This document shows positions 28,178 through 36,552 of a stretch of 64,000 nucleotides of DNA, one piece after another; positions within the stretch are counted from its first letter, which is position 1, and the number at the start of each line of letters is the position of its first letter. A model generated the notes under the pieces. That model was not told where the DNA came from, made no database searches, and saw only the letters and a list, made by a program, of their open reading frames with translations. The DNA lies in NCBI GenBank assembly GCA_965369325.1, contig CBDUQI010000001.1:1748-65747 (forward strand). The letters are read 5' to 3'. A program made the translations under genes and the position numbers. This DNA comes from an uncultured Gammaproteobacteria bacterium (GTDB lineage: Bacteria; Pseudomonadota; Gammaproteobacteria; Steroidobacterales; JBCBZW01).

Positions 28178-29154
28178 CCACGGGTAACGCCCGTCGTTAC
28201 ACGCCTTGCCCGTGATGTCCCTGAGGGATGATAAGCGGATTGCGTAGTGACCGATGCCAACATCTTACCTGACAGTTCATCTGGTACCTGCACCCAAAGC
28301 TCGCCACCGTTACGACTAACAAAGCGTTGTCCATCAGTCGCTAACAAACTCATGTGTTCTCCAGTCACTCGAATCCTTGCAACATCGATGGGACCATCGA
28401 ATTTCGATTCATCTTCGTGCCAGCGCAACCCAGCGTTTCTGGTTCTTGTAATGACGCCATCCGCGCCAACAGCCAACCCGTGTTGCTCGTTGAGGAATGC
28501 GATGTGACTCAACGTGCTTGCAGTGCCTGAGGCGATCGGGCGCCAACTATGACCAGCGTTCTCGCTGCACAGCAACCGTCCTTTGGCCCCGCTCACCCAG
28601 ACTTGATGTGGGGTTGCGAAGCTCGCGCCGTAAAGATCCTCTTTGACGCCGGAGTCAATTCTCTGCCAGGCGGTGCCTCCATCTGCCGTGCGCAAAATCA
28701 GCCCCCCCGGCCCCACCGCCACGGCGGTTGTCGAATCAGCCCAGGCGACCGCGTTAATTTTGCGTCGAGCACCTTCGTTGGTCTGACGCCAAGTGACACC
28801 ATTGTCGGTTGATTGCCAGATTGCGCCAAGGTGGTTGGTAGCCACAGCGTCGCCTCCAGCCCTAATGCTGATATCGACAACTTCCCCACGAGGCAATGTG
28901 AATACCACGCTCCAGCTTTCACCGTTGTCTTCGGAGCGCACAATTTCATCAAGGGAGTCAGAGGCCTCCCACAAACTTCCGTCCGACGCAACCACTTGGT
29001 TGACCAGTCGTGTCTGCGATGAACCCAGCCATTCGTATTTGCTCATACCAACAACCGCAGTCGCAGCAGCAAGCAGGCACAAGACACTCAATATGTTTTT
29101 GTAGCCTGATCTGTATTTCAGCTTAGGGGGTGTATGGATAGAATCAATAGACAT
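28138..29154 (-). CDS. BNR/Asp-box (Ycf48-like) beta-propeller protein with N-terminal anchor
   Basis: 338 aa with repeated SxDxGxxW motifs (SEDNGESW, STDNGVTW, TADGGTAW, SENAGHSW, TRNAGLRW) and a hydrophobic N-terminal segment. Its 3' end overlaps the CHAT gene 3' end convergently by 40 nt. Confidence 0.65.
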   Translation of the reverse strand: MSIDSIHTPPKLKYRSGYKNILSVLCLLAAATAVVGMSKYEWLGSSQTRLVNQVVASDGSLWEASDSLDEIVRSEDNGESWSVVFTLPRGEVVDISIRAGGDAVATNHLGAIWQSTDNGVTWRQTNEGARRKINAVAWADSTTAVAVGPGGLILRTADGGTAWQRIDSGVKEDLYGASFATPHQVWVSGAKGRLLCSENAGHSWRPIASGTASTLSHIAFLNEQHGLAVGADGVITRTRNAGLRWHEDESKFDGPIDVARIRVTGEHMSLLATDGQRFVSRNGGELWVQVPDELSGKMLASVTTQSAYHPSGTSRARRVTTGVTRGYTRSSKRKLPLP

Positions 29155-29488
29155 AGCTAGGTACTCCGTGGCGTTTTTGATGACTCGTCCAACGACTACG
29201 CTTACCGTAGCGTCGAACCCTAAGGCGACATAAGCGCCGTAAAGTTCGGCACGTTGCTCAAGTCATTAGTGCCGTTTACGGTGCAGGATTCGCACTTCCC
29301 GCCACCTAACTATCCCTACAATCGACTGGTTCTCACTACGTGCGAAGCCTGAGGCAGGTAGTCATGTCGCCCCTCCCCCCCCCAATTGGACATGAAAACA
29401 TCACCGCGGACATTCCATGACGCTGGCGGGGCTGATTGCGCTTAGGCACGCCGGAATTCCGCTCCATTTTGGCGGCTTTTACTCACCG

Positions 29489-29983
29489 CTACTTCTCAAC
29501 TGAATTTTGTCTAAGTACTTCGTAAGCATCTCCATCGGTGGTAATCACATAACCAGCGAGCATACTGCCAGATGAAACCGGCTCTACCGAAGTGACAGCG
29601 ATCTTGCTATCAAGCAGGAACTTTTTGGTTAACTCATACGCAATGTTGGCAGTTTCGGAGCTTTTACCTTTCCAAGCGTCAGAGGTCGGCTTCGCGCCCA
29701 TCATCAAGACGATTGTGCCATCTTCAGAACCGGCGATCTTGAACCGGAAATCTGAAATCTCGATTAAGCGAGTAGCCCCAGAGAATCCCGAACAATCTTT
29801 CGTCAGCGTGTACGGTTTGTTGCAACCCATGCCGATTGCTGAAATGTGCTCAACACCTTCTGCATCGGAGACGATGGCGGTAACGGTCCCGCACGCACTT
29901 AGCATGAATAGCGCGAATACGGCGATGTAACGCTGCCAACAAGCGCTCGCATGTTCAATGTTTTTATTCCGATTGAAACTCAT
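29489..29983 (-). CDS. Hypothetical lipoprotein
   Basis: 164 aa with the lipobox-like FMLSAC-GTV. The start is 1 nt from the upstream gene's stop (TGAGATG). Low-GC codon usage. No family recognised. Confidence 0.55.
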   Translation of the reverse strand: MSFNRNKNIEHASACWQRYIAVFALFMLSACGTVTAIVSDAEGVEHISAIGMGCNKPYTLTKDCSGFSGATRLIEISDFRFKIAGSEDGTIVLMMGAKPTSDAWKGKSSETANIAYELTKKFLLDSKIAVTSVEPVSSGSMLAGYVITTDGDAYEVLRQNSVEK

Positions 29984-29984
29984 C

Positions 29985-30455
29985 TCATTCTTCTCCGTTT
30001 AACTCGTCAGTGTTATTGAATAGTGATGCCATCGCTCTTTCCACGATCACCTCGATACTCTGTCGTGCCAGTGAACTTTGTTGGGATTGGGCTTGCGCGA
30101 TGAGTGTATTGTCTTTGGGGTCGTATATCGCGACACGCAATTCAAGTAAATACCATGCTAGATCCCAGTGCCAGTCAGTTGCGGTGTCGAAAATGAAACC
30201 GCCTTCCTTACCAATAGCCGATTCGAGACTAGCCGTAGTTTGAAAACCACGTTGATTTAGGTTCGCTTCGATCAACGACCGAAGTTCGGCCGGTTCTCGC
30301 TCGCCGTCAAATGGGCGAATGTAAAGAGTTCGCACCAACGAAAGATCCGTGCCAGGCATCTGAAACCGAGACACGTTAGTTGAGCAGCCAACAACGAGCA
30401 CGAACATTCCGGTCGCCACAGAGCGGATGAGAAATTTCTCGATCATCGATGCCAT
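29985..30455 (-). CDS. Hypothetical lipoprotein
   Basis: 156 aa with the lipobox-like LVVGC-STN. Tightly coupled to the downstream lipoprotein gene. Confidence 0.55.
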   Translation of the reverse strand: MASMIEKFLIRSVATGMFVLVVGCSTNVSRFQMPGTDLSLVRTLYIRPFDGEREPAELRSLIEANLNQRGFQTTASLESAIGKEGGFIFDTATDWHWDLAWYLLELRVAIYDPKDNTLIAQAQSQQSSLARQSIEVIVERAMASLFNNTDELNGEE

Positions 30456-30558
30456 TGAGCCCCCTTCATAAAACTAACCGCCCGCTTTTGGTAAAGTTCC
30501 GGCCTCGCAGTGTCGCCAATCACAACTGCACGTATTGCCGTTTGTGGGTGAACAACAG

Positions 30559-30927
30559 TCATGCGCTTCGTTTCCAAAATTCCCGGGGGCGGAAAGATTG
30601 TTCACAATGCTCACAAACGTAATTGACTTTTAACGTGTATCTATTTGACCAGCGTATATCAAAGTACGATCCTTCGCGATCAGTCTCCCAACCTTCGCCC
30701 AAGTCAATTCGCTGAGTTTTCCGTACTACTCGGATGTCGCACCTAGGGCACCTCTTCTTTCGTCGAAACAAGATGGCCAAGATGTCTTGGAGACCGAGAT
30801 CTAGGTTGTATGTAGTGTGCTGCACGTTCTTAATTTGCCCCTTCGTGAAGCAGGATTCCGGTATCTGCCCTGCGCTTGCGTCACCTAGCATACGGTGCCC
30901 CCAAAAAATCTCATGGGCATCGCGCAA
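30559..30927 (-). CDS. Hypothetical zinc-ribbon protein
   Basis: 122-aa ORF with two CxxC pairs (CPRCD ... CEHCE). The start is uncertain and the local GC is very low (about 35% in the hand-counted line 30601-30660). Confidence 0.4.
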   Translation of the reverse strand: MRDAHEIFWGHRMLGDASAGQIPESCFTKGQIKNVQHTTYNLDLGLQDILAILFRRKKRCPRCDIRVVRKTQRIDLGEGWETDREGSYFDIRWSNRYTLKVNYVCEHCEQSFRPREFWKRSA

Positions 30928-31283
30928 GTGGTTCTGGCAAGGACAGTGAGCACTTGGCGTTGCGACCTCGAAGCTAACAGCAACAAGTCAACACGGGCGC
31001 TACAAACGCAGTGCGCGCCCGTCAATCGATTAAGCTCTCACAATGTAAGTGACGCCAAATGCATAAAACTCGCAACTTAAACATGGCTTGGTTTGTTCGG
31101 GTATTCGCGCTTGGTGGCGGCAACGGACTTGAGAGGGGTTTGGCCGCAGCCCGCCAGCTGGTGAAGGAACCTTAGCTGATTTGACGAAGGGAAGGAGTCT
31201 ATCCTCGAGTGGTCACGCGTTCATATAGCCTTAACCGGTTGATCTCAAACAAGCTCTCTTGAGGGTTTGACGTATGACGTGTC

Positions 31284-31311
31284 GCGCGCTGCCCTGTGAA
31301 GGGCAGCGCGC
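31284..31311 (-). terminator. Perfect 12-bp stem-loop downstream of the secreted-protein gene
   Basis: GCGCGCTGCCCT-GTGA-AGGGCAGCGCGC lies 13 nt beyond the stop at 31325 on the minus strand. There is no clear U-tract. Confidence 0.5.
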
Positions 31312-31324
31312 AGGCGTGCGAGCG

Positions 31325-31915
31325 TTAGCTGCTCGACCGAACGGTGATGCGGCCTTCCAGCATTGGATTAGTGCGGGCGTTGGGCTCATCGTCGGGCGGC
31401 CCCGGCCAAATCTGCTCCTGGCAGTACTCATCGGAGGTAATGATGTCCCCATCACCCTCAAACCCGAGGAAGGTGGTGCGATCAACATCAGGCGAGCCGG
31501 GACCCGTATCCAACACACGAAACCAGATGTCCTTACCCGGTTGGTTGCGCTCGAGGATAAAATCGGGATGATCAGAGTTGTTGCTGGTGACGATGCCACC
31601 TACCCATGCCCGACCTTCCTCAGTGTCTACCGCCAGACAACTCACATCGCCGATGAAGTCGATAAGCAAGCCCTCGAACACCAGGGTATGACGGAAGGTA
31701 CCGCGCGCCGAGGCGCCGGACCGCTGTACGGCATTCAGGAAGATGGCAGCGCTGGTCTCAGCGATGTCGTAACTGCCGAACACCCTGGCGCTAACCCGGT
31801 CAACAGCCGGTGCACCCAGTTCGGTGACATCGGATGCCTGCGCGCCGGTCGCCACGGCAAACAAAGCGGTGATGGACAAGCCAACGCCGATGGTAGTGAA
31901 AGTTCTCGTACGCAT
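31325..31915 (-). CDS. Secreted hypothetical protein
   Basis: 196 aa with a clean Sec signal (MRTRTFTTIGVGLSITALFAVATGAQA-SD). Preferred over the overlapping + strand ORF 31274..32008. Confidence 0.6.
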   Translation of the reverse strand: MRTRTFTTIGVGLSITALFAVATGAQASDVTELGAPAVDRVSARVFGSYDIAETSAAIFLNAVQRSGASARGTFRHTLVFEGLLIDFIGDVSCLAVDTEEGRAWVGGIVTSNNSDHPDFILERNQPGKDIWFRVLDTGPGSPDVDRTTFLGFEGDGDIITSDEYCQEQIWPGPPDDEPNARTNPMLEGRITVRSSS

Positions 31916-32153
31916 AGCAGATACCTCTTAGTTGACGGGCAAGCCGTCGTTGTGATTTTGCGGATTTGCATCGCGCACGCTAACGCTGGATGGCTGGTGG
32001 CGTCCTGAGGCACTGCCTGAGATAACCTGAGATTTCGTGAGCGCGACTCGCCAGCGGCACGATCACGCTAGGCACGCGACACGGCGGGCTAACTAATCGG
32101 GTGCAAGCCGACTCGCAGCCAGAGCGGATCGAGACGGCGCCGTCGCCCGAGGG

Positions 32154-34043
32154 TCAGCGCCGAGGGGCGTCGTCGATACGCGCCACCAGCGCCTGGAAGC
32201 GCGGGTCTTCATGCAGGGCGAAGAACTCCGGCCGGGCGGCGAGGAAGGGCACTTGCGGATCGCGGCTTGAGACGGCCTGTTCGAGCCAGCTCAGGGCAGC
32301 GTCCTGATCGCCAAGTTGCGCGTACAGCCCGGCCCTGGCCACCGGTGAGGTGAAGGCCTTCGCCTTTAGCAGATATCGGAAGACGCCGGCGCGACCATCG
32401 GTTTCGAGCACAGTTGCCAGCTCATCGGCCGCTTCGGCATCTGCCGATATGTCGGACAGACGATGCGTGGCCACCAGTGCCGTGGCTGACTTGTCGTACT
32501 CGCGCAAACCCCAATACGCCAGTGATAGCACACGTTGCGTGCGCGCTAAGTCCGGTTGCGCGGCCGCAACCCGCTCCAGCTCCCGGACGGCGGCCTGGAA
32601 CTCACCGGCGAACATCAACAACATTGCACCATCGGTACTGGCGTAATAATGCGGGTCCAGGCGTTTGACTTCGCCGATCTGCACCAGTGCTTCGTCAAAG
32701 CGTTCACGCGCGACCAGCAGCCAGGCGTAGCGGCGTCGGGCGACGGTGTCGTTGGGGTTTAGTTCGATGGCCTCTTGGTAATAGCCCTCCGCAGCCGTAA
32801 AATCCCAGCGATCGTAGAAAACCACCTGCGCCAGACAGCCGTAGGCGACGGAGCTGCTTGCATCAAGCTTCAGCGACAAGCGCACCGACGCCTCGGCACT
32901 GCGTAATACCTGTGGCGCGCGTCGGTATTGTTTGAACAACTGCAACTGTGCCTGCGCTTTACCCAGATGCGGTCCTGGGTCGCTCGGGTATTGCTCGCTG
33001 AGTTGCCGGAAGATCACCAACGCCTGCTCAGTCGACGCCGGTTGCTCCAGTGCCAACCAGTACCGCGCACGCAGATAGCGCTCCAACGCATCGCCGGAGA
33101 GGTGACTGACGGGGGGCGGCGCTGGGACTGCCACCGCATGCACGATCCGGCGTGCAATCTGATCAGCCACCTCACTCTGGACCTTCAGTACATCGTTGAA
33201 CGGGCGATCGTAACGTGATGCCCACACGTGGATATCGTCGCTCGCATGAATGAGCTGAGCGGTAATGCGTACGCGGGCGCCGTCGGCCAGAACCGACCCT
33301 TCAACCAGATACTCAGCCCCTAACGCTTTAGCGATGGCGGGCAATGACTTGTCGGTGCTCGCATAGGGCAGCGTTGAGGTACGCGAGATAACACGCAGGC
33401 CGCTTTGTTGCGCCAAGGTCATGATTAGCCCATCAGTAATCGCACCGGCAACAAACTCATCACCACGATCAACCGACATGCTGGAGAACGGCAGGACCGC
33501 AACCGTGGGTTGCTGGGAATCGGGTACAAATCGCACATACATCAGCGCTGCGCCAAGTAGCACCACACCACTCACGAGGGCGTGTCTGACACCCAGCCCC
33601 CACGTCCGAGCAGCGGATACGGGCGCCGCTGGCGATGCGAGGTGCACGTCGGCGATCACGCGATATCCAGCGCCCTTACGTGTTTCGATCAGGTGCGGAT
33701 TGCGTGCGTCGTCTCGCATCGCTTTTCGCAAGGTACGCACTGCGCCAGTCAACACGTCCTCGGTGACCACTCGATTCGCCCACACCGTCGCCAGCAACTG
33801 GTCTTTGGAGACGAATTCACCCGCATGGGCCGCTAGCAGGACCAACACCTGCATGGCTTTGGAATTCACGTGGACCGGCTCGGGGTTACCTGCGTGCGCC
33901 TGCTCACCGACGGCCCTGCCAACCGGGTGATCGACAAGTGTCTGGCAAAACAGGTTGTTGCTATGCGGAAGCGCTGTCCACGCCCCGACGCAAAACCCCT
34001 CTTCCAACGCGCTGATACGCTCGCACAGCCCTTGTTCCATCAC
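32154..34043 (-). CDS. Membrane-tethered wHTH, TM, TolB-N-like, TPR regulator (TIR-less paralog of 20621..23212)
   Basis: 629 aa with a wHTH (AMQVLVLLAAHAGEFVSKDQLL...TLRKAMRD...IETRKGAGYRV) and one TM. The periplasmic VLPFSSMSVDRGDEF...ISRTS...YLVEGSV block is colinear with that of the 863-aa protein. TPR-like repeats follow. Confidence 0.75.
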   Translation of the reverse strand: MMEQGLCERISALEEGFCVGAWTALPHSNNLFCQTLVDHPVGRAVGEQAHAGNPEPVHVNSKAMQVLVLLAAHAGEFVSKDQLLATVWANRVVTEDVLTGAVRTLRKAMRDDARNPHLIETRKGAGYRVIADVHLASPAAPVSAARTWGLGVRHALVSGVVLLGAALMYVRFVPDSQQPTVAVLPFSSMSVDRGDEFVAGAITDGLIMTLAQQSGLRVISRTSTLPYASTDKSLPAIAKALGAEYLVEGSVLADGARVRITAQLIHASDDIHVWASRYDRPFNDVLKVQSEVADQIARRIVHAVAVPAPPPVSHLSGDALERYLRARYWLALEQPASTEQALVIFRQLSEQYPSDPGPHLGKAQAQLQLFKQYRRAPQVLRSAEASVRLSLKLDASSSVAYGCLAQVVFYDRWDFTAAEGYYQEAIELNPNDTVARRRYAWLLVARERFDEALVQIGEVKRLDPHYYASTDGAMLLMFAGEFQAAVRELERVAAAQPDLARTQRVLSLAYWGLREYDKSATALVATHRLSDISADAEAADELATVLETDGRAGVFRYLLKAKAFTSPVARAGLYAQLGDQDAALSWLEQAVSSRDPQVPFLAARPEFFALHEDPRFQALVARIDDAPRR

Positions 34044-34118
34044 TACTCCCAGCGATGTCTCCCTCTCAGGCGTTTGACATCGCCAATCGCCGTTTTCTCC
34101 GGCGAATAGTGCAAAAGG

Positions 34119-34781
34119 TCAGTTTAGGGCGCGCAGCACGAGCTCGTAGCTCGCCTCAAAACGCCCGCTGGCGGGAATCGCATCCGTCACCGTCGCGTTT
34201 GCCATGACGCTGAACTGATACGTGCCCGCCGGCAGCACGATGGCATCGAGCACATTGCTCTGCACCGGTGGCTCATTCAGCGCCGCGAACAGGGTTTGCT
34301 CGAACAGCACATCAGCCCCTGACACGAGCTTGACCGTCACACCCGCCTGGAACGATGCGAACACATCCGCTGCCGCAGCGGCGGATATCAAGCCCACCAC
34401 GCCCACGACAGTGCTCTCGTCCAGACTGAACTCGACAGCATAGTCGGAACGGGCAATACTCAGAATGAAATTGAAGTTCTCACGCACCGTCTGCGCGATA
34501 CTCTCCCCACGGGCAACGAGCACACTGTCCCCGAGCGCCGATGTTTGACTCGCAAAGCCCCAGGCCGTGCCGTCGATGCAATTGTTGTGCGCCCGCACCA
34601 GCTCGCGAAAGACCTCAAAATCGGTTGCCTCGGCGGAGTCGCCGACTGAAGGCTCGCTACAGACTTCCGCGAGCGTGGAGACAAAACGCGTCTGATCGAT
34701 CAGCGTAAGCTGCCCGGCAAGCACCTCGCCGGCACTTCCAAGCGCCAGAACTAAAACAACGAACCGTCTGATTAACCACAT
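34119..34781 (-). CDS. Secreted hypothetical protein
   Basis: The track ORF runs to 34808. The ATG at 34781 gives MWLIRRFVVLVLALGSAGEVLAG..., which is signal-peptide-like. No family recognised. Confidence 0.5.
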   Translation of the reverse strand: MWLIRRFVVLVLALGSAGEVLAGQLTLIDQTRFVSTLAEVCSEPSVGDSAEATDFEVFRELVRAHNNCIDGTAWGFASQTSALGDSVLVARGESIAQTVRENFNFILSIARSDYAVEFSLDESTVVGVVGLISAAAAADVFASFQAGVTVKLVSGADVLFEQTLFAALNEPPVQSNVLDAIVLPAGTYQFSVMANATVTDAIPASGRFEASYELVLRALN

Positions 34782-34893
34782 CGCATTGCTCCGTGTTGCC
34801 CGGGCCACTTCGAACCCACCCTAATACGTGAACGCCGCGCCAGACAGCCCATCACCCACCGGGCGTTCTGGCCGGACACATCTTCGGCAGAAC

Positions 34894-36552
34894 TTACTCT
34901 CCTTCAGCCAGTTCGAACTTGCTCATCTTAAGTTGTAGGGAGCGCCTCGAAATACCGAGCGACTCTGCCGTTCTGGTCCGGTTGCCGTTCAGGTGAGCGA
35001 GGCGCTGAGAGATAACCTTACTCTCATACGCATCGAGCGCGTCTTTTAGCGTGACAGTCTCCGCGTTCTCTCGGGCAACCGCCTTGAATTGCGTCCAAGG
35101 CTCACCCACCAGTTCGCCCGGCAATTCACGCTCGGAAATACTGTTGCCATCTTCAACAAGGACCACTGCGCGCTCCAACATGTTGCGCAGCTCGCGCACG
35201 TTACCAGGAAAGTCGTGTTGCATTAGCACATCCAGTGCCATTGGCGTGACTCCTTGGATTTTTTTTCCATGAACAGCGGCGAAACCTTCGGTAAAGTGAC
35301 TTATTAATGCCGGCAGATCGTCGCGGCGCTCGCGCAACGCTGGCACCAAAATTGGGAAGACCTGCAAACGATAGAATAAATCCTGTCGAAACTTACCCTC
35401 CTCAACCCGCTGGCGCAGGTCGTGGTGCGATGCCGCCAGCACTCGCACATCCACTTTGCGGCTTTCGGTACTCCCAAGCGGGCGAATCTCGCCTTCTTGC
35501 AACGCGCGTAACAACTTCGCTTGCAAGCCCATAGGCAGATCGCCGATTTCATCTAGAAACAGCGTGCCGCCATTCGCCGCTTCAAACAGGCCCTGACGAT
35601 CCTCTGTTGCGCCGGTAAAAGCACCTTTGCGGTACCCAAACAACTCACTCTCAAGCAGTTGCTCCGGCACCGCTGCGCAGTTTTGTGGCACAAAGCGCCC
35701 CGCCTTTCGCCGCCCATTGTTGTGCAGGGCCTGAGCAACCAATTCCTTGCCGACCCCGGTCTCGCCCCGCACCAGTACCGTGAGGTCGGTATCGGCCACT
35801 TTCTCGATAAGCTCGAACAGGCGTTGCATTGGCTTGGAGCTGCCAATAATGTCAGAGAAGTCGCACCGGCCATAAACACGGCTTCGAAGACGCTGGTTCT
35901 CCTGCTCCAGGTCGCGGTTCGACTCGTTGAGGACGGCGATCAGGCGATGATTCTCCTCAAGCAGGCGCGCGTTGTTGATTGATACGGCGGCCTGTGAGGC
36001 AAAAGCGTGCACCAGCTCTTCCTGTTCTGGTCGGAACGCAATCTTCTCCCGACTAACGGGGTCTCTAGCGTTGCACAACTCAAGAACACCCACGGTAAAT
36101 TCCTGCGGCCGATTCAGCGGCGCAAGCAACAGCGACTGCGTAAAGTAACCGGATTGCTGATCGGCTCGAAGGCGCTCGCTGAAATTGAACGCGCCCGACG
36201 CCTGCACATCGTCTACGCGCACCGGCGTGCCTGAGAAGGCACAGTACGCTTCGACATTGCGCGAATTTGGACGACCGCCCGCATACAACTCGATGGGCTG
36301 GAAATCACCCAAGCTCGTTTCGGTAACATCGTTCTCAATCACCTGGCCGATGAGTCGACGACCACTTGGATCAAGAATGTACAGCCGCCCCGACTCGGCA
36401 TCAGTCAGCCTGCGCGCGGCACGCAAAATCAAGCTCAACAGACGATCAAGATCTTTCTCGGTCGAGATTGCCGTCATGATCTGTAACAAGCGCTCCTGGG
36501 CGCCGTTCGATGCGGCAAACGACTTTTTCATTGACGAACACTCATCACTCAC
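34894..36552 (-). CDS. GAF-domain sigma-54-dependent transcriptional activator (VasH-like position)
   Basis: 552 aa with an N-terminal GAF-like region and an AAA+ sigma-54 interaction module (GETGVGKE, GAFTGA, LFLDEIG). The C-terminus has a Fis-type HTH (TRTAESLGISRRSLQLKM). Its GTG start abuts the clpV stop (TGAGTG); an alternative ATG lies at 36531. Confidence 0.85.
   Translation of the reverse strand: MSDECSSMKKSFAASNGAQERLLQIMTAISTEKDLDRLLSLILRAARRLTDAESGRLYILDPSGRRLIGQVIENDVTETSLGDFQPIELYAGGRPNSRNVEAYCAFSGTPVRVDDVQASGAFNFSERLRADQQSGYFTQSLLLAPLNRPQEFTVGVLELCNARDPVSREKIAFRPEQEELVHAFASQAAVSINNARLLEENHRLIAVLNESNRDLEQENQRLRSRVYGRCDFSDIIGSSKPMQRLFELIEKVADTDLTVLVRGETGVGKELVAQALHNNGRRKAGRFVPQNCAAVPEQLLESELFGYRKGAFTGATEDRQGLFEAANGGTLFLDEIGDLPMGLQAKLLRALQEGEIRPLGSTESRKVDVRVLAASHHDLRQRVEEGKFRQDLFYRLQVFPILVPALRERRDDLPALISHFTEGFAAVHGKKIQGVTPMALDVLMQHDFPGNVRELRNMLERAVVLVEDGNSISERELPGELVGEPWTQFKAVARENAETVTLKDALDAYESKVISQRLAHLNGNRTRTAESLGISRRSLQLKMSKFELAEGE

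Noticed and set aside
29489-30455. Two tightly coupled small ORFs, considered as an effector/immunity or toxin/antitoxin pair
   Set aside because: Both carry lipoprotein-type signals and neither shows nuclease, lipase, amidase or other toxin motifs. The coupling alone is insufficient evidence.
31274-32008. 244-aa + strand ORF competing with the minus-strand 196-aa ORF
   Set aside because: The minus-strand product has a clean Sec signal peptide (…ATGAQA-SD) and is followed by a perfect 12-bp hairpin. The + strand product has no such features.
34119-34808. Unknown protein just downstream of the T6SS block, considered as a T6SS effector or Hcp surrogate
   Set aside because: It has a Sec-type signal peptide, which argues against T6SS cargo. 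It shows no Hcp-like sequence and no toxin motif that I could recognise.
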